From Bacillus subtilis subsp. subtilis str. 168 (lineage in GTDB: Bacteria > Bacillota > Bacilli > Bacillales > Bacillaceae): a stretch of DNA of 64,000 nt. Below are positions 1 through 11,115 of the stretch, piece by piece. Under the pieces are notes generated by a model. The model had not been told where the DNA came from. It saw only the letters and a program-made list of their open reading frames with translations, and ran no database searches. The first letter of the stretch is position 1. Every line of letters starts with the position of its first letter. The translations under genes were made by a program, and so were the position numbers. The stretch lies in assembly GCF_000009045.1 (NCBI RefSeq), contig NC_000964.3, forward strand, positions 2,790,001 to 2,854,000. Direction: 5' to 3'.

Positions 1-1440
1 CGTTTCCCCTTTGAGCTTCTGATCTTTAAACGTAACGAGCGTTGTGCCGTTCTTATACTCAATTTGTTCGGCAATTTTCACCTGCCGTTTTTCTCCGCCG
101 CGGGCGATTGTCGCCATCATATTGGCTACCTCCAGCGGCGTTACCTTTACATTTTTCTGCCCGATTGCTGTTTGCGCAATGGCTTTTTTGACTGATTTGT
201 CTTTTTCATCCCCCCAAATCACGCCGCTTTTTTCGTTATACAGCTGGCGGAAATCGGTTTCGTGGTACAGTTTTCCCTCCCAGCCTGCCCGATCAGTGAG
301 AGCCAGCTTCTCGGACATATCTTCAATAACCGAGCTGTCTTTTTTCATTAATTGTTCTGCAAGACTCGTAAATGTGTAATTACAGCTTTGGGCAAAACTT
401 TCATCAAAAGACAAGGTGCCTTTGTCGTCCCCCGGTTCCCCGTACAGGTTTAAATTGCAATTAAAGGTTTGACTAGGCTTCACCATATTATTTTCGATTG
501 CAGCTGCGGCAATGACTGTTTTAAAAACTGATCCGGGATAGATTGGCGTCAGCATATAATTTTGAAGTGTGTTTTGCCGGGACACGTCTGCATCTGGTTT
601 GCTTACAATTCCCAGAACACTGCTATTTTCGATGTCCAGCAGCACAGCTCCTCCCTTTTTCAGCCCCTGTTCATCCAATACCTCCTCCATCGCTTTTTGA
701 ATGCTTTGATCGATCGTTGTTTTGATCTGGAGCGGATAAAATGTATTGGCTTCAGCTGTATATTTGACGTCCATGCCAAACAAAGGGTTTCCTTTTCCGT
801 CCACATGATATAAAAGCTTTGTGTCTTGTTCCGGAAGCAAAAACTCGTCAAATGTCCGTTCTAAACCGGTTGTTCCGATTTCTGTTGTAATCGGAAGGCT
901 CTCCTTGTCAGGATATTTCTTGCGAAGCAGCGCCGGATCTTGGTTCGTGCTCCCTATCGTATGTGAAGCAAGGCTGGGCTTGTCTTCATTCTCCATATAT
1001 ACGCCGTAAATGCCGGGATATTTCAAAGAATTGATTTTTGTGATAGATTGTTTTGAAAGTGTTTTGATTTTCTTTTGCTGCAAAATGACCGGTTTTTTTG
1101 CCTGACCTAGTGTCTGGCGCAAATCATCTTCAGACATGCCGAGGATGTCCGCAACTTTTTTGATCGGCCAATCCTGCGTCAGCAGAAAAGGGAACAAAAC
1201 AACCGCAGGCTCGCTTTGTCCTGTCAGCGCCCGCCCGTTTCGATCTAAAAAAGAGCCTCTTCCATCTGAAATGAGCACTTCCTCCGTCCGCTGTTTCACA
1301 CTTTCTTGAATCAAATTAATTTTCTTTTTAGAAAATGATTCTGTGAAAAACAGCTGGATTTCTGCAAGTCTCAGCAGAAGCAGAAAAAATACAATCAAAA
1401 AAGCGATGACTGCCAGCTTCATTCGTTTCGATATCTTCAT
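1..1440 (-). CDS. pbpI: Class B penicillin-binding protein PBP4b (5' part; continues beyond window start; missing from the ORF track)
   Basis: Manual translation from ATG 1440: [30 protein letters not shown] (TM anchor), [10 protein letters not shown], SxxK (PGSVFK), SxN (QSCN); SD GAGGTG upstream. Confidence 0.92.
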
Positions 1441-1477
1441 AAAAAAACACCTCACCCACATTGTGGACGAGGTGTTT
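1441..1477 (-). terminator. greA intrinsic terminator overlapping the pbpI SD
   Basis: Minus strand AAACACCTC-GT-CCAC-aat-GTGG-GT-GAGGTGTTT then TTTT, immediately before the pbpI ATG. Confidence 0.8.
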
Positions 1478-1493
1478 CGCTGCTAAACAGATA

Positions 1494-1967
1494 TTATGAA
1501 ATTTTCACAATTTTCACGAGCATTTCTCCGCCCGGTGTTTGTACTGTGACTTCTTCATCTACTTTTTTGCCCAAGAGGCTTTTTGCGATCGGTGAATCGT
1601 TTGAGATTTTCCCTTCAAACGGGTCAGCTTCCGCGCTTCCGACGATCGTATATGATTCTTCATCACCGTCAGGCAGTTCGACGAAAGTGACGGTTTTACC
1701 CAAACCGACAACGTTAGAGCCGCCGTCATCTTCAATGATTTTCGCATTGCGAATCATATTTTCAAGAGTCGTCACGCGGCCCTCTACAAATGCCTGCTCT
1801 TCTTTCGCTGAATCGTATTCAGAGTTCTCGGAAAGGTCTCCGAAGCTTCTCGCAATTTTGATTCGCTCTACTACTTCTTTTCGTTTAACCGTTTTCAAAT
1901 ATTCTAATTCTTGTTCAAGTTTTTGTTTTCCTTCTGCAGTCATAGGAAAAACTTTCTCTTGTGCCAT
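1494..1967 (-). CDS. greA: Transcription elongation factor GreA
   Basis: GDLSENSEY acidic tip, [13 protein letters not shown]; SD AAGGAG. Confidence 0.98.
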   Translation of the reverse strand: MAQEKVFPMTAEGKQKLEQELEYLKTVKRKEVVERIKIARSFGDLSENSEYDSAKEEQAFVEGRVTTLENMIRNAKIIEDDGGSNVVGLGKTVTFVELPDGDEESYTIVGSAEADPFEGKISNDSPIAKSLLGKKVDEEVTVQTPGGEMLVKIVKIS

Positions 1968-2090
1968 GTCCCTTCACTCCTTCTGGTTGTCCCTCAACAT
2001 CTTCGATTATGTATGAGAGCATAAACTAAAAAATACAAGAATGAGAACACAGGGCAGTCCTCGTTCTTCTCTCCCATATAGGTACTGTTT

Positions 2091-2119
2091 ATCTTAAACT
2101 GAATCGTGTCGTTCTGCAA
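2091..2119 (-). promoter_or_regulatory. SigA-type promoter for greA
   Basis: TTGCAG-17 nt-TAAGAT just downstream of the udk terminator. Confidence 0.65.
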
Positions 2120-2140
2120 ATATTTCGCGTTTATAAACAG

Positions 2141-2169
2141 GGAAAGAAGGGAATTCGCACATTCCCTTC
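2141..2169 (-). terminator. Terminator of the trmR-trhP-udk operon
   Basis: GAAGGGAAT-gtgcga-ATTCCCTTC followed by TTTCCCTGTTT. Confidence 0.65.
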
Positions 2170-2217
2170 CTGCCTATACATAATATGGTCAGAGTTATTT
2201 ATGTCTATGCTATGGTA

Positions 2218-2853
2218 TTACAAAATCGCGTTTTGTTCAAGAATGGTTTGAATTTTTGTGACCATCAGATCAATTGCGACGTGATTCTGACCGCCTTCCG
2301 GGATAATAATATCAGCGTATCGTTTCGTCGGCTCGACGAATTGGTTATGCATCGGACGGACCACTGACACATATTGTTCAATGACAGAATCAATAGAGCG
2401 TCCGCGCTCATTAATATCTCTCATAATCCGTCTGATGATACGCAAGTCAGCGTCCGTATCAACATAAAGCTTGATATCCATCAGATCACGAAGCCTTTTG
2501 TCTTCAAGAACAAGAATGCCTTCAAGGATAATAACATCCTTTGGCTCTACGTGAACCGTTTCTTCTGAACGTGTGTGAAGCTTATAGTCATAAATCGGCT
2601 TTTCAATCGGGCGGTAATTCAATAGATCTTGAATATGCTCGATTAAATAGTCATTATCAAACGCAAGCGGATGATCATAGTTTGTGTTCAGCCTTTCTTC
2701 AAACGGAAGATGGCTTTGGTCTTTATAATAAAGGTCCTGCTGGATCATTAAAATTGAGTGTCCTTTAAACTGTTCATAAATGGACCGTGTGACACTCGTT
2801 TTTCCTGAACCGGAACCTCCTGCGATTCCAATGACTACTGGATTCTTACCCAT
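2218..2853 (-). CDS. udk: Uridine kinase
   Basis: [12 protein letters not shown]-loop, [23 protein letters not shown]. Confidence 0.97.
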   Translation of the reverse strand: MGKNPVVIGIAGGSGSGKTSVTRSIYEQFKGHSILMIQQDLYYKDQSHLPFEERLNTNYDHPLAFDNDYLIEHIQDLLNYRPIEKPIYDYKLHTRSEETVHVEPKDVIILEGILVLEDKRLRDLMDIKLYVDTDADLRIIRRIMRDINERGRSIDSVIEQYVSVVRPMHNQFVEPTKRYADIIIPEGGQNHVAIDLMVTKIQTILEQNAIL

Positions 2854-2859
2854 GGGCTG

Positions 2860-4128
2860 TTACTTCCCCTTTCTCATCATGTTGCTCGGATAAATCTTTT
2901 TGTCTAGTTTGAATTTGACAATTTGCAGGGGATGGCGGGCAGCATCTAGCTCATTTCCGTCTTCGTCCCAAATGGTTTCAATCGTATGTGTAAAGTTTTC
3001 GATTTCTGGACCGAAAAATTCCACTTCGTCGCCTTTTTTGAAGAAATTGCGCTGCTGAAGCGTGACCATTTGTGTATCTTCATCATAATTCAGCACTAAG
3101 CCGACAAAATCATATGTCGTTTTCTTGGCGTGTTCGCCGAACATTTGCTCTTCATAGCCTGGCGTTCCTTCAAAGAAAGCTGTCGCAGTGTCCCTGTTGG
3201 CGCACTTATCAAGCTCTTCAAGCCATTCTTTTTGAATCACAAAGTTTTCTGGATCAGCGCAATAAGCATCGATTACTTTGCGGTATACGCTGACAACAGT
3301 TGCTACATAGTGAATGGATTTCATGCGGCCTTCAATCTTTAAGCTGTCGATCCCCATTTCAATCATTTTTGGAATGGATTCAATCAGCTTCAAATCTTTC
3401 GGGCTCATCGCAAATGGTGCATCTTCTTCACCATACAAAGCAACGGCGTTGGCACCGTCTGTTTGGTAGAGATCATAATCCCAGCGGCATGACTGGCAGC
3501 AGCCTCCGCGGTTGGAATCCCGCGCTGTCATGTGATTGCTCAGCACGCAGCGGCCGGAATATGCAATACACATTGCGCCATGAATGAAGGATTCGATTTC
3601 GATATCTACCTTTTCTTTCATTTCTCTGATTTCAAGAGCGCTAGTTTCACGTGCCAGCACGACGCGGTCGAGACCTTCTTCCTTCCAGAACTGGACAGCC
3701 TTCCAGTTTGAAAGAGACTGCTGTGTGCTCAAGTGAACCTCAACATTCGGCGCCACTCTGCGGCATGTTTCAATAATAAGCGGATCTGCCACAATAATAC
3801 CGGCAACGTTGGCGTCTCCAAGCGCTTTTAAATAGTCTTCAAGCCCGTCCATGTTTTCATTATGAGCGAAAATATTCGTTGTTACGTAGATCTTCGCGCC
3901 ATATTTCTTTGCGAATTCAACGCCTTCTGCAATTTCTTCGATCGTAAAGTTATCGGCATTCGAGCGAAGCCCGTATTCCTGTCCCCCGATAAAGACCGCG
4001 TCCGCTCCGTAATGAACAGCGATTTTCAGCTTTTCAAGATTACCCGCAGGTGCGAGAAGCTCCGGCTTTTTCGTAATCACACGCTTTCCATTAACGATTG
4101 TGGATATTTTATCATTTACGGCAGTCAT
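2860..4128 (-). CDS. yrrO: U32-family tRNA U34 hydroxylation protein (YrrO/TrhP2)
   Basis: ELLAPAG, HGAMCIAYSGRC...GGCCQSCR four-Cys motif, LKIEGR. Confidence 0.92.
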   Translation of the reverse strand: MTAVNDKISTIVNGKRVITKKPELLAPAGNLEKLKIAVHYGADAVFIGGQEYGLRSNADNFTIEEIAEGVEFAKKYGAKIYVTTNIFAHNENMDGLEDYLKALGDANVAGIIVADPLIIETCRRVAPNVEVHLSTQQSLSNWKAVQFWKEEGLDRVVLARETSALEIREMKEKVDIEIESFIHGAMCIAYSGRCVLSNHMTARDSNRGGCCQSCRWDYDLYQTDGANAVALYGEEDAPFAMSPKDLKLIESIPKMIEMGIDSLKIEGRMKSIHYVATVVSVYRKVIDAYCADPENFVIQKEWLEELDKCANRDTATAFFEGTPGYEEQMFGEHAKKTTYDFVGLVLNYDEDTQMVTLQQRNFFKKGDEVEFFGPEIENFTHTIETIWDEDGNELDAARHPLQIVKFKLDKKIYPSNMMRKGK

Positions 4129-4146
4129 AGCTTAACCTCCTTTTGA

Positions 4147-5076
4147 TTAATAAACCGTTTCCTTGAAGAAGAATCCGGTATCAATTTTTCTGTTTACTGG
4201 CTGGATGCTTTCAATGCGTTCGATCCAGTCTTCTTTTTTCGCTTCGTATTCGTCACGGTTTTCCACGCACAAATCAATTGCTTCTCTGTACATTTTGGTG
4301 ACTTCTATTAGGTATTCAGGCATTTTCAAAACACCATCGATTTTGAAAGAATCAATTCCGGCATCTATCAATTCCTCGAGCTCATCAATGATGCACACAT
4401 CGTTCGGGCTCATGATGTGAGTGCCGTTTTCATCTTCGAAAATCGGATATTTATTATCGCGTTCTTTATCGTGTAAAAACATGCCTGATTCTTTTTTCTT
4501 TCTTTCAATGTCCATGACTTTGCCCTGATATTCAAAATAGTTTCCAATCAAAGAACGCTTCGATTGGAACATGCACGTCATTCCATGCACCTGGATTTCA
4601 ATTTCGACTTCAGCATTTTCTTTAATCTCAACAATGCTGTCCATGTTTAATTCTCTGGCAAGCACAGAACGCGCCGCACCCTTGCGTCCCCAGTAGTTGC
4701 ATGTATAATAGTTGGTGCCTGTCGTTTCTGTGCTCCAATGAAGCTTCAGATCAGGCGCAGATTCACGGGCAGCCATCAGCACGGCAGGATCGCCGAATAC
4801 CGCTGCATCGACACCGGCTTCTGCTAAGAAAGCCAGATATTCGCCAAGCTCACCCACTTTATCATTATGGAAAATTGCATTTACAGCAACGTATACTTTT
4901 GCCCCTTCTTTGTGAGCAATCTCTACGGCTTTTGTTACATCTTCACGAGAAAATTCTCCGGCTAATCTCAAGCCGTATCTCTGTTCCCCAACTAAAAACG
5001 CAGTTGCCCCAGCCTGTATGAGCGGCAAAATGTCCGCTGTACTCGTCGGCGTCACTAAGAGCTCTGGTTTTTTCAT
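4147..5076 (-). CDS. yrrN: U32-family partner subunit (YrrN/TrhP1)
   Basis: KPELLVTP, LARELN, VHGMTC; ATG 5076 with SD GAGGTG. Confidence 0.9.
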   Translation of the reverse strand: MKKPELLVTPTSTADILPLIQAGATAFLVGEQRYGLRLAGEFSREDVTKAVEIAHKEGAKVYVAVNAIFHNDKVGELGEYLAFLAEAGVDAAVFGDPAVLMAARESAPDLKLHWSTETTGTNYYTCNYWGRKGAARSVLARELNMDSIVEIKENAEVEIEIQVHGMTCMFQSKRSLIGNYFEYQGKVMDIERKKKESGMFLHDKERDNKYPIFEDENGTHIMSPNDVCIIDELEELIDAGIDSFKIDGVLKMPEYLIEVTKMYREAIDLCVENRDEYEAKKEDWIERIESIQPVNRKIDTGFFFKETVY

Positions 5077-5081
5077 GACGT

Positions 5082-5753
<672 letters not shown>

Positions 5754-5755
5754 CT

Positions 5756-5791
5756 AAAAAGGAGTGCCCCAGTCTTATGCGCAGGACACTC
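5756..5791 (-). promoter_or_regulatory. Terminator-like hairpin in the trmR leader (candidate attenuator)
   Basis: GAGTGTCCTG-10 nt loop-TGGGGCACTC then CTTTTT, between a candidate promoter and the trmR SD. Confidence 0.45.
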
Positions 5792-5830
5792 TCTGAATAC
5801 ATCATGATACATCGGTAAACAACCCGATAT

Positions 5831-5860
5831 ATTTTATCATAAAACCTTGCGGAAAGCGAA
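5831..5860 (-). promoter_or_regulatory. Candidate SigA promoter for the trmR operon
   Basis: TTCGCT-18 nt-TAAAAT with extended -10 TGa. Confidence 0.5.
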
Positions 5861-5861
5861 C

Positions 5862-5888
5862 AAAAGGAGAGCTTTTTGCTCTCCTTTT
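5862..5888 (-). terminator. mltG terminator
   Basis: Perfect 11-bp stem AAAAGGAGAGC/GCTCTCCTTTT overlapping the stop codon. Confidence 0.75.
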
Positions 5889-6969
5889 ATTTCTCATTTT
5901 TTGAGGAAATGTATTTTTCTTTTGCTTTATTATGCTCTTTTAGCGTTTTTGTAAATACGACCTCACCATTTGATTTGGCCAAGAAATACAGATAGTCCGT
6001 TTTATCCGGATGCAGCGCTGCTTCCCATGATGACATGCCGGCATTGGCAATCGGCCCTGGCGTCAGCCCTGTGTTTTTATACGTATTGTATGGTGAATCG
6101 ATTTCCAGATCCTTATAAAGAACCCGATCTTTATGCTTGCCTGCCGCGTACAGGACGGTCGGATCTGTTTGGAGCGGCATTTTCTTTTTCAGGCGGTTAT
6201 AAAAGACGCTCGCAATTTTATGGCGGTCGGCTTTTTCAGTCGCTTCTTCTTCTATCAAAGAAGCCATTGTCAGCAGCTTATGCACAGAAACTTTGTTTTT
6301 CTTCATTTCTGATTTATATGTTTCCACATAAGAATTTGTCTGCTTAATCATTGCCTTGATAATGTCTTCAAGTGATGTGTCCGGATCGTTAAAAGGGTAT
6401 GTAGCCGGGAATAGGTACCCTTCAAGCGGGTGCTTAATGTTTTTATTGAAAACATCATTTGTCACAGTGTCCGGGAATTCTTTCTTCAGCTGATTGATAA
6501 ATGTTTCATCGTCCAGCTTCGCTATGACTTGTTTTTTAGAGTATTTTGTTTCATCAGCAATAGCAGCCGCGATTTGGGTCAGCTGTGCTCCCTCAGTCAC
6601 TGTGATTTGAAAAGCGTAACCTGTAGCCCCGCTTGTCAGCTTCTGAATAATGGCATCTAAATCCATACCTTTATTCAGATGGTAGAATCCGGCCTGAAAC
6701 CCGGAAGCACCTTTATATTTCACATAGTACTGAAACGCCTTCTCGCTTTTTATGACATCATTTTTCTTTAATATCGATGCGATGGCTGAAACAGACGAAC
6801 CGCTCGGAATGTTAATATTAACTGTCGTTTTACTGTCTTTTTCAACAGGTTCAAGCAATGATTTCCCATATAAAAATGCCCCGCCAATGATGAGAAACAG
6901 CACAACAATGGAAGACAGTATGATTCTTTTTTTATTAAAAAACGATTTTTTTTGCTGATTGATATACAT
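5887..6969 (-). CDS. mltG: Endolytic transglycosylase MltG (YrrL)
   Basis: N-terminal TM, ASLIEEEA, LQTDPTV, SPYNTY, PGPIAN (YceG family); ATG 6969 with SD GGAGG. Confidence 0.95.
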   Translation of the reverse strand: MYINQQKKSFFNKKRIILSSIVVLFLIIGGAFLYGKSLLEPVEKDSKTTVNINIPSGSSVSAIASILKKNDVIKSEKAFQYYVKYKGASGFQAGFYHLNKGMDLDAIIQKLTSGATGYAFQITVTEGAQLTQIAAAIADETKYSKKQVIAKLDDETFINQLKKEFPDTVTNDVFNKNIKHPLEGYLFPATYPFNDPDTSLEDIIKAMIKQTNSYVETYKSEMKKNKVSVHKLLTMASLIEEEATEKADRHKIASVFYNRLKKKMPLQTDPTVLYAAGKHKDRVLYKDLEIDSPYNTYKNTGLTPGPIANAGMSSWEAALHPDKTDYLYFLAKSNGEVVFTKTLKEHNKAKEKYISSKNEK

Positions 6970-6992
6970 TAGGTCTCCTCCCATCAGCTCTT

Positions 6993-7021
6993 ATACTACA
7001 TGATTCATTGTATTTCGGCAA
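6993..7021 (-). promoter_or_regulatory. Candidate SigA promoter for mltG
   Basis: TTGCCG-17 nt-TAGTAT. Confidence 0.55.
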
Positions 7022-7052
7022 TTTATTACAAAAAGAGGCCTGCATAAAGCAG

Positions 7053-7083
7053 AAAAAAGCCGGAGCAGTATAGCTCCGGCTTT
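7053..7083 (-). terminator. Terminator after yrzB (end of alaS-reoM-yrrK-yrzB)
   Basis: AAAGCCGGAGC-tatact-GCTCCGGCTTTTTT. Confidence 0.85.
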
Positions 7084-7099
7084 GGTTTGGCGCGATGTT

Positions 7100-7381
7100 T
7101 TACTCTTCGTCTTCGTCCGCTAAGAATGTGTTTAGTGTTTCTTCGATCATATCCCATTCTTCGTCAGTTTCAATCGGGAATAGCTCACCGTTTTCACCGT
7201 CTTCGTTTGGCGTGAAGCTGGAAGCAAGAATTTCTACTTCTTCGTCATCTTTTGATTCGATTGGATAGTACAAGACATAAGATTTGCCAAACTCTTCATT
7301 TTCAAATGTAAACAGCACTTCACAAAGCTGTTCATTTCCTTGATCGTCAACAATTGTAATATTTTTTTCGCCGTGTTCCAT
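7100..7381 (-). CDS. yrzB: Acidic DUF1292-family protein
   Basis: [24 protein letters not shown]...[12 protein letters not shown]; SD GAGGTG. Confidence 0.85.
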   Translation of the reverse strand: MEHGEKNITIVDDQGNEQLCEVLFTFENEEFGKSYVLYYPIESKDDEEVEILASSFTPNEDGENGELFPIETDEEWDMIEETLNTFLADEDEE

Positions 7382-7398
7382 TTTCTTCACCTCTGGCT

Positions 7399-7815
7399 TT
7401 AATTTAAGCTGTCAAGATATCCTTGTAAAATCATAACAGCCGCCATTTTATCAATGACTTTTTTTCGTTTTTGCCTGCTGACGTCAGCTGCAATCAGCAT
7501 TTTTTCAGCCGCCATTGTGGTAAGACGCTCGTCCCACAGCACAACAGGAACATTGTACGTTGTTTCAAGCACTTTCGCAAATGTTTGGCTGGCTTCGCCT
7601 CTCGGGCCGACTGTTCCGTTCATGTTCTTAGGAAAGCCGAGCACGATTTTATCTATAGTATAGTCCTTTATCAGTTCAGATAAACGGGATAAACCATAAT
7701 CGCCTTCTGCTTCATTTATCTTTATGGTCTCAATGCCTTGAGCAGTCCAGCCCATTTCATCGCTCAGAGCTACACCGAGTGTTTTGGTTCCTAAATCGAG
7801 TCCTAATATTCTCAT
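7399..7815 (-). CDS. yrrK: YqgF/RuvX-family nuclease (putative pre-16S rRNA nuclease)
   Basis: [31 protein letters not shown]. Confidence 0.93.
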   Translation of the reverse strand: MRILGLDLGTKTLGVALSDEMGWTAQGIETIKINEAEGDYGLSRLSELIKDYTIDKIVLGFPKNMNGTVGPRGEASQTFAKVLETTYNVPVVLWDERLTTMAAEKMLIAADVSRQKRKKVIDKMAAVMILQGYLDSLN

Positions 7816-7822
7816 TCTTTAT

Positions 7823-8089
7823 TTACGCCTCTTTATGCTGTTCTAAATAAGACTTTACCAATTCCTCGATTAATTCGTCTCTTTCAAGTTTGCGAATTAA
7901 ATTGCGAGCGTCACGATGCCTAGGAATATAAGCGGGATCACCTGACAGCAAGTATCCGACAATCTGGTTGATTGGATTGTAGCCCTTTTCCTGAAGCGCG
8001 TCATACACTGTAATCAGCACCTCATTTACGTTAGTCTCAGCAGAATCATCGGAGAAATTAAATTTCATCGTTTTATCAAACGAGCTCAC
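7823..8089 (-). CDS. reoM: IreB/ReoM-family regulator of MurA proteolysis (YrzL)
   Basis: GTG 8089: [34 protein letters not shown]; SD AGAGGTG. Confidence 0.92.
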   Translation of the reverse strand: MSSFDKTMKFNFSDDSAETNVNEVLITVYDALQEKGYNPINQIVGYLLSGDPAYIPRHRDARNLIRKLERDELIEELVKSYLEQHKEA

Positions 8090-8173
8090 CGTTTTGCACC
8101 TCTTTCCCAAATTCGCAGGCAAAGTTCAGCCTGGGGTCCTAATCTTACCATCATTCTACACTACATGGGCGAA

Positions 8174-10810
8174 TTATAAAACGGATTTCACCCAATCTTC
8201 TACAGAAGCCAAAGCTTCTTCTAATTTTTCCGGCTGTTTACCGCCTGCCTGCGCCATGTCCGGACGGCCTCCGCCGCCTCCGCCGCAAACTTCCGCAGCT
8301 TGTTTAACCAGCTTGCCGGCGTGAAGTCCTTTCTCAATGAGGTCCTTTGTGACTCCGGCAGAGATATTAACTTTATCGTTTTGTACCGCACCAAGCACGA
8401 TCACCGCAGAGCCAAGCTTTGCTTTGAGTTCATCGACCATAGTGCGGAGATGATTCATGTCTTTTGCATTTACTTTTGCCGCAAGCACGTTTACGCCGTC
8501 AACTTCTTTTACTTTCGACAGGATTGCTCCTGCTTCCACGTTGCCTAGTTTTGCAAGAAGAGATTCATTTTCTCTTTGTGCATCCTTCAGTTCAGCCTGC
8601 AGAGCCGCGACCCGTTTCGGCACTTCTTTGATATTTGTTTTCAGCTCGTCAGCGGTCTGCTTCAATACAGAAATCTGGCTGTTCATTTCGACGTAAGCGC
8701 CTTGTCCCGTTACAGCTTCAATCCGTCTTGTGCCTGCTCCGATTCCGGATTCAGAAACGATTTTAAACAAGCCGATTTCTGCTGTATTTCTGACGTGGCA
8801 GCCGCCGCACAGCTCTAAGCTGTAATCTCCAACTTGAACGACACGGACAATATCGCCATATTTTTCGCCGAACAGTGCCATCGCACCCATTTCTTTTGCT
8901 TCAGCGATCGGTTTCAAATCAATGCTGACCGGGATGCTCGCCCAGATCTTTTCGTTTACGATTCTTTCAATTTGTTCGAGCTCTTCTTTTGTCACTTGGC
9001 CAAAGTGCGAGAAGTCAAAACGAAGGCGGTTTTCCGTTACAAGAGAGCCCGCCTGATTGACATGAGTTCCAAGAACATCTTTTAGAGCCTGATGCAATAA
9101 ATGCGTTGCCGTGTGGTTTTTAATGACGCCGCTTCTCATATGGTCTTCAACTTCAGCCGTAACATGCAGGCCTTTTTGAACAGTACCGCTCTCCACAACA
9201 CCTTCATGCACATGCTGGCCGTTCGGCGCTTTTTGAACATCTTTAATTCTTACAACTGCCTGCTCGCTTCGGAGATAGCCTTTGTCGCCGATTTGGCCGC
9301 CGCTTTCTGCATAGAACGGTGTTTCATCAAGAATGATTTGAACGCTTTCTCCTTCATGAGCCTCTTCGATTAATTGGCCGTCCTGAAGAAGCACAATGAT
9401 ATTGGCATCAGCTTTGGTTTGAGAGTAGCCGACAAATGTGCTTTCAACTGTCACGTCGCGCAGTGCGCCGCCCTGCACCTGCATGCTGCCGACATCCTGG
9501 CGGGCGTTTCTTGCCCGTTCACGCTGCTGGTTCATTTCCTCCTCAAAGCCCTCATGGTCAACCGTCATGTTCTCGTCTTCTGCGTATTCTTCAGTCAATT
9601 CAACCGGGAATCCATACGTATCATACAGTTTAAACACATCAGCACCTGAGATAACGCTGCTGCCCTTGTCTTTTTCTTTTTTGATCATTTCTGACAGGAT
9701 CGCAAGCCCTTCATTAAGGGTCTCATGGAAGCGTTCTTCCTCGGTTTTAATGACTTTTGCGATGAAATCCGCTTTCTCTTTCACTTCAGGATAGAAATCA
9801 GCCATGATTTCTGCGACAACCGGCACTAAATCAAACATGAACGGACGATGGATGTTGATCGTTTTGGCATAACGCACGGCACGGCGTAATAAGCGTCTTA
9901 ATACATAGCCGCGGCCTTCATTTGACGGCAGCGCACCGTCACTGACAGCAAAGGCAACCGTTCTGATATGGTCAGCAATCACTTTAAACGCAGTGTCTTT
10001 CACATTGTCTTTGCCATATGTTTCACCAGAAATCGATTCTGTTGCTTTAATGATCGGAACAAACAAATCGGTGTCAAAGTTTGTCGGAACATTCTGGATG
10101 ACAGACACCATTCTTTCAAGACCCATGCCTGTATCAATATTTTTCTTTGGAAGCGGTGTGTACGTGCCGTCAGGGTTATGGTTGAACTCTGAGAACACAA
10201 GGTTCCATACTTCCAGGTAACGGTCGTTTTCCCCGCCTGGGTAAAGCTCCGGATCTTCTGGATCATTACCGTATGCTTCACCGCGGTCGTAAAAGATTTC
10301 CGTATTCGGTCCGCTCGGCCCTTCACCGATATCCCAGAAGTTCCCTTCCAGACGGATAATTCTTTCTTCAGGAATACCGATTTTTTTCGCCCAAAACTCA
10401 TATGCCTCTTCATCTTCAGGATGAACCGTAACAGAGAGAAGCTCTTTGTCGAAGCCAATCCACTTGTCGCTCGTTAAAAACTCCCAAGCCCATGTAATGG
10501 CTTCTTCTTTGAAATAATCGCCGATGGAAAAGTTTCCGAGCATTTCAAAGAAAGTGTGATGGCGCGCAGTTTTACCTACATTTTCTATATCGTTTGTTCT
10601 GATCGCTTTTTGAGCGTTTACGATTCTTGGATTTTCCGGCACGACACGGCCGTCAAAATATTTTTTCAGCGTCGCAACACCGCTGTTGATCCAAAGCAGT
10701 GAAGGATCCTCATGAGGCACTAATGACGCGCTTGGCTCTACCGCATGTCCTTTTTCTTTAAAGAAATCCAAAAACATTTGACGCACTTCCGCAGAAGTTA
10801 AGTGTTTCAT
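8174..10810 (-). CDS. alaS: Alanyl-tRNA synthetase
   Basis: [20 protein letters not shown] and ELCGGCH editing motifs, [15 protein letters not shown]. Confidence 0.99.
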   Translation of the reverse strand: MKHLTSAEVRQMFLDFFKEKGHAVEPSASLVPHEDPSLLWINSGVATLKKYFDGRVVPENPRIVNAQKAIRTNDIENVGKTARHHTFFEMLGNFSIGDYFKEEAITWAWEFLTSDKWIGFDKELLSVTVHPEDEEAYEFWAKKIGIPEERIIRLEGNFWDIGEGPSGPNTEIFYDRGEAYGNDPEDPELYPGGENDRYLEVWNLVFSEFNHNPDGTYTPLPKKNIDTGMGLERMVSVIQNVPTNFDTDLFVPIIKATESISGETYGKDNVKDTAFKVIADHIRTVAFAVSDGALPSNEGRGYVLRRLLRRAVRYAKTINIHRPFMFDLVPVVAEIMADFYPEVKEKADFIAKVIKTEEERFHETLNEGLAILSEMIKKEKDKGSSVISGADVFKLYDTYGFPVELTEEYAEDENMTVDHEGFEEEMNQQRERARNARQDVGSMQVQGGALRDVTVESTFVGYSQTKADANIIVLLQDGQLIEEAHEGESVQIILDETPFYAESGGQIGDKGYLRSEQAVVRIKDVQKAPNGQHVHEGVVESGTVQKGLHVTAEVEDHMRSGVIKNHTATHLLHQALKDVLGTHVNQAGSLVTENRLRFDFSHFGQVTKEELEQIERIVNEKIWASIPVSIDLKPIAEAKEMGAMALFGEKYGDIVRVVQVGDYSLELCGGCHVRNTAEIGLFKIVSESGIGAGTRRIEAVTGQGAYVEMNSQISVLKQTADELKTNIKEVPKRVAALQAELKDAQRENESLLAKLGNVEAGAILSKVKEVDGVNVLAAKVNAKDMNHLRTMVDELKAKLGSAVIVLGAVQNDKVNISAGVTKDLIEKGLHAGKLVKQAAEVCGGGGGGRPDMAQAGGKQPEKLEEALASVEDWVKSVL

Positions 10811-10854
10811 TGTATTTCCTCCTCTATAAAAATCGAAATTCTCTTCAGTGACAG

Positions 10855-11100
10855 CAAAAAAGCCCTCCCCCTATGCAAACCAACGTTTACACAGGGACGA
10901 GAGCTGTCTCGCGGTACCACCCTGATTACGGGCATTCATGCGCCCGTCACCTTTAACCCTGTAACGCAGGATAAGCGGCAGTGATTAACTGCACTCAGGA
11001 TTAGCTTCCTCCGATCTTCTGATAAAGCTCCTTTCAGCTTATGGAGCTTCTCTCTTTAACAGGGCTTCGGCGTACTCAGATCCGTCACTCGAGATTCGTA
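10855..11100 (-). ncRNA. T-box riboswitch, Ala-specific (specifier GCU)
   Basis: T-box AGGGTGGTACCGCG (10910-10923); terminator with U-tract near 10855-10900; AGAGA and GCTGAAA stem-I motifs; GCU at 11003-11005 followed by A-AUCC. Confidence 0.95.
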
Positions 11101-11115
11101 TGTATTCTACGAGAA

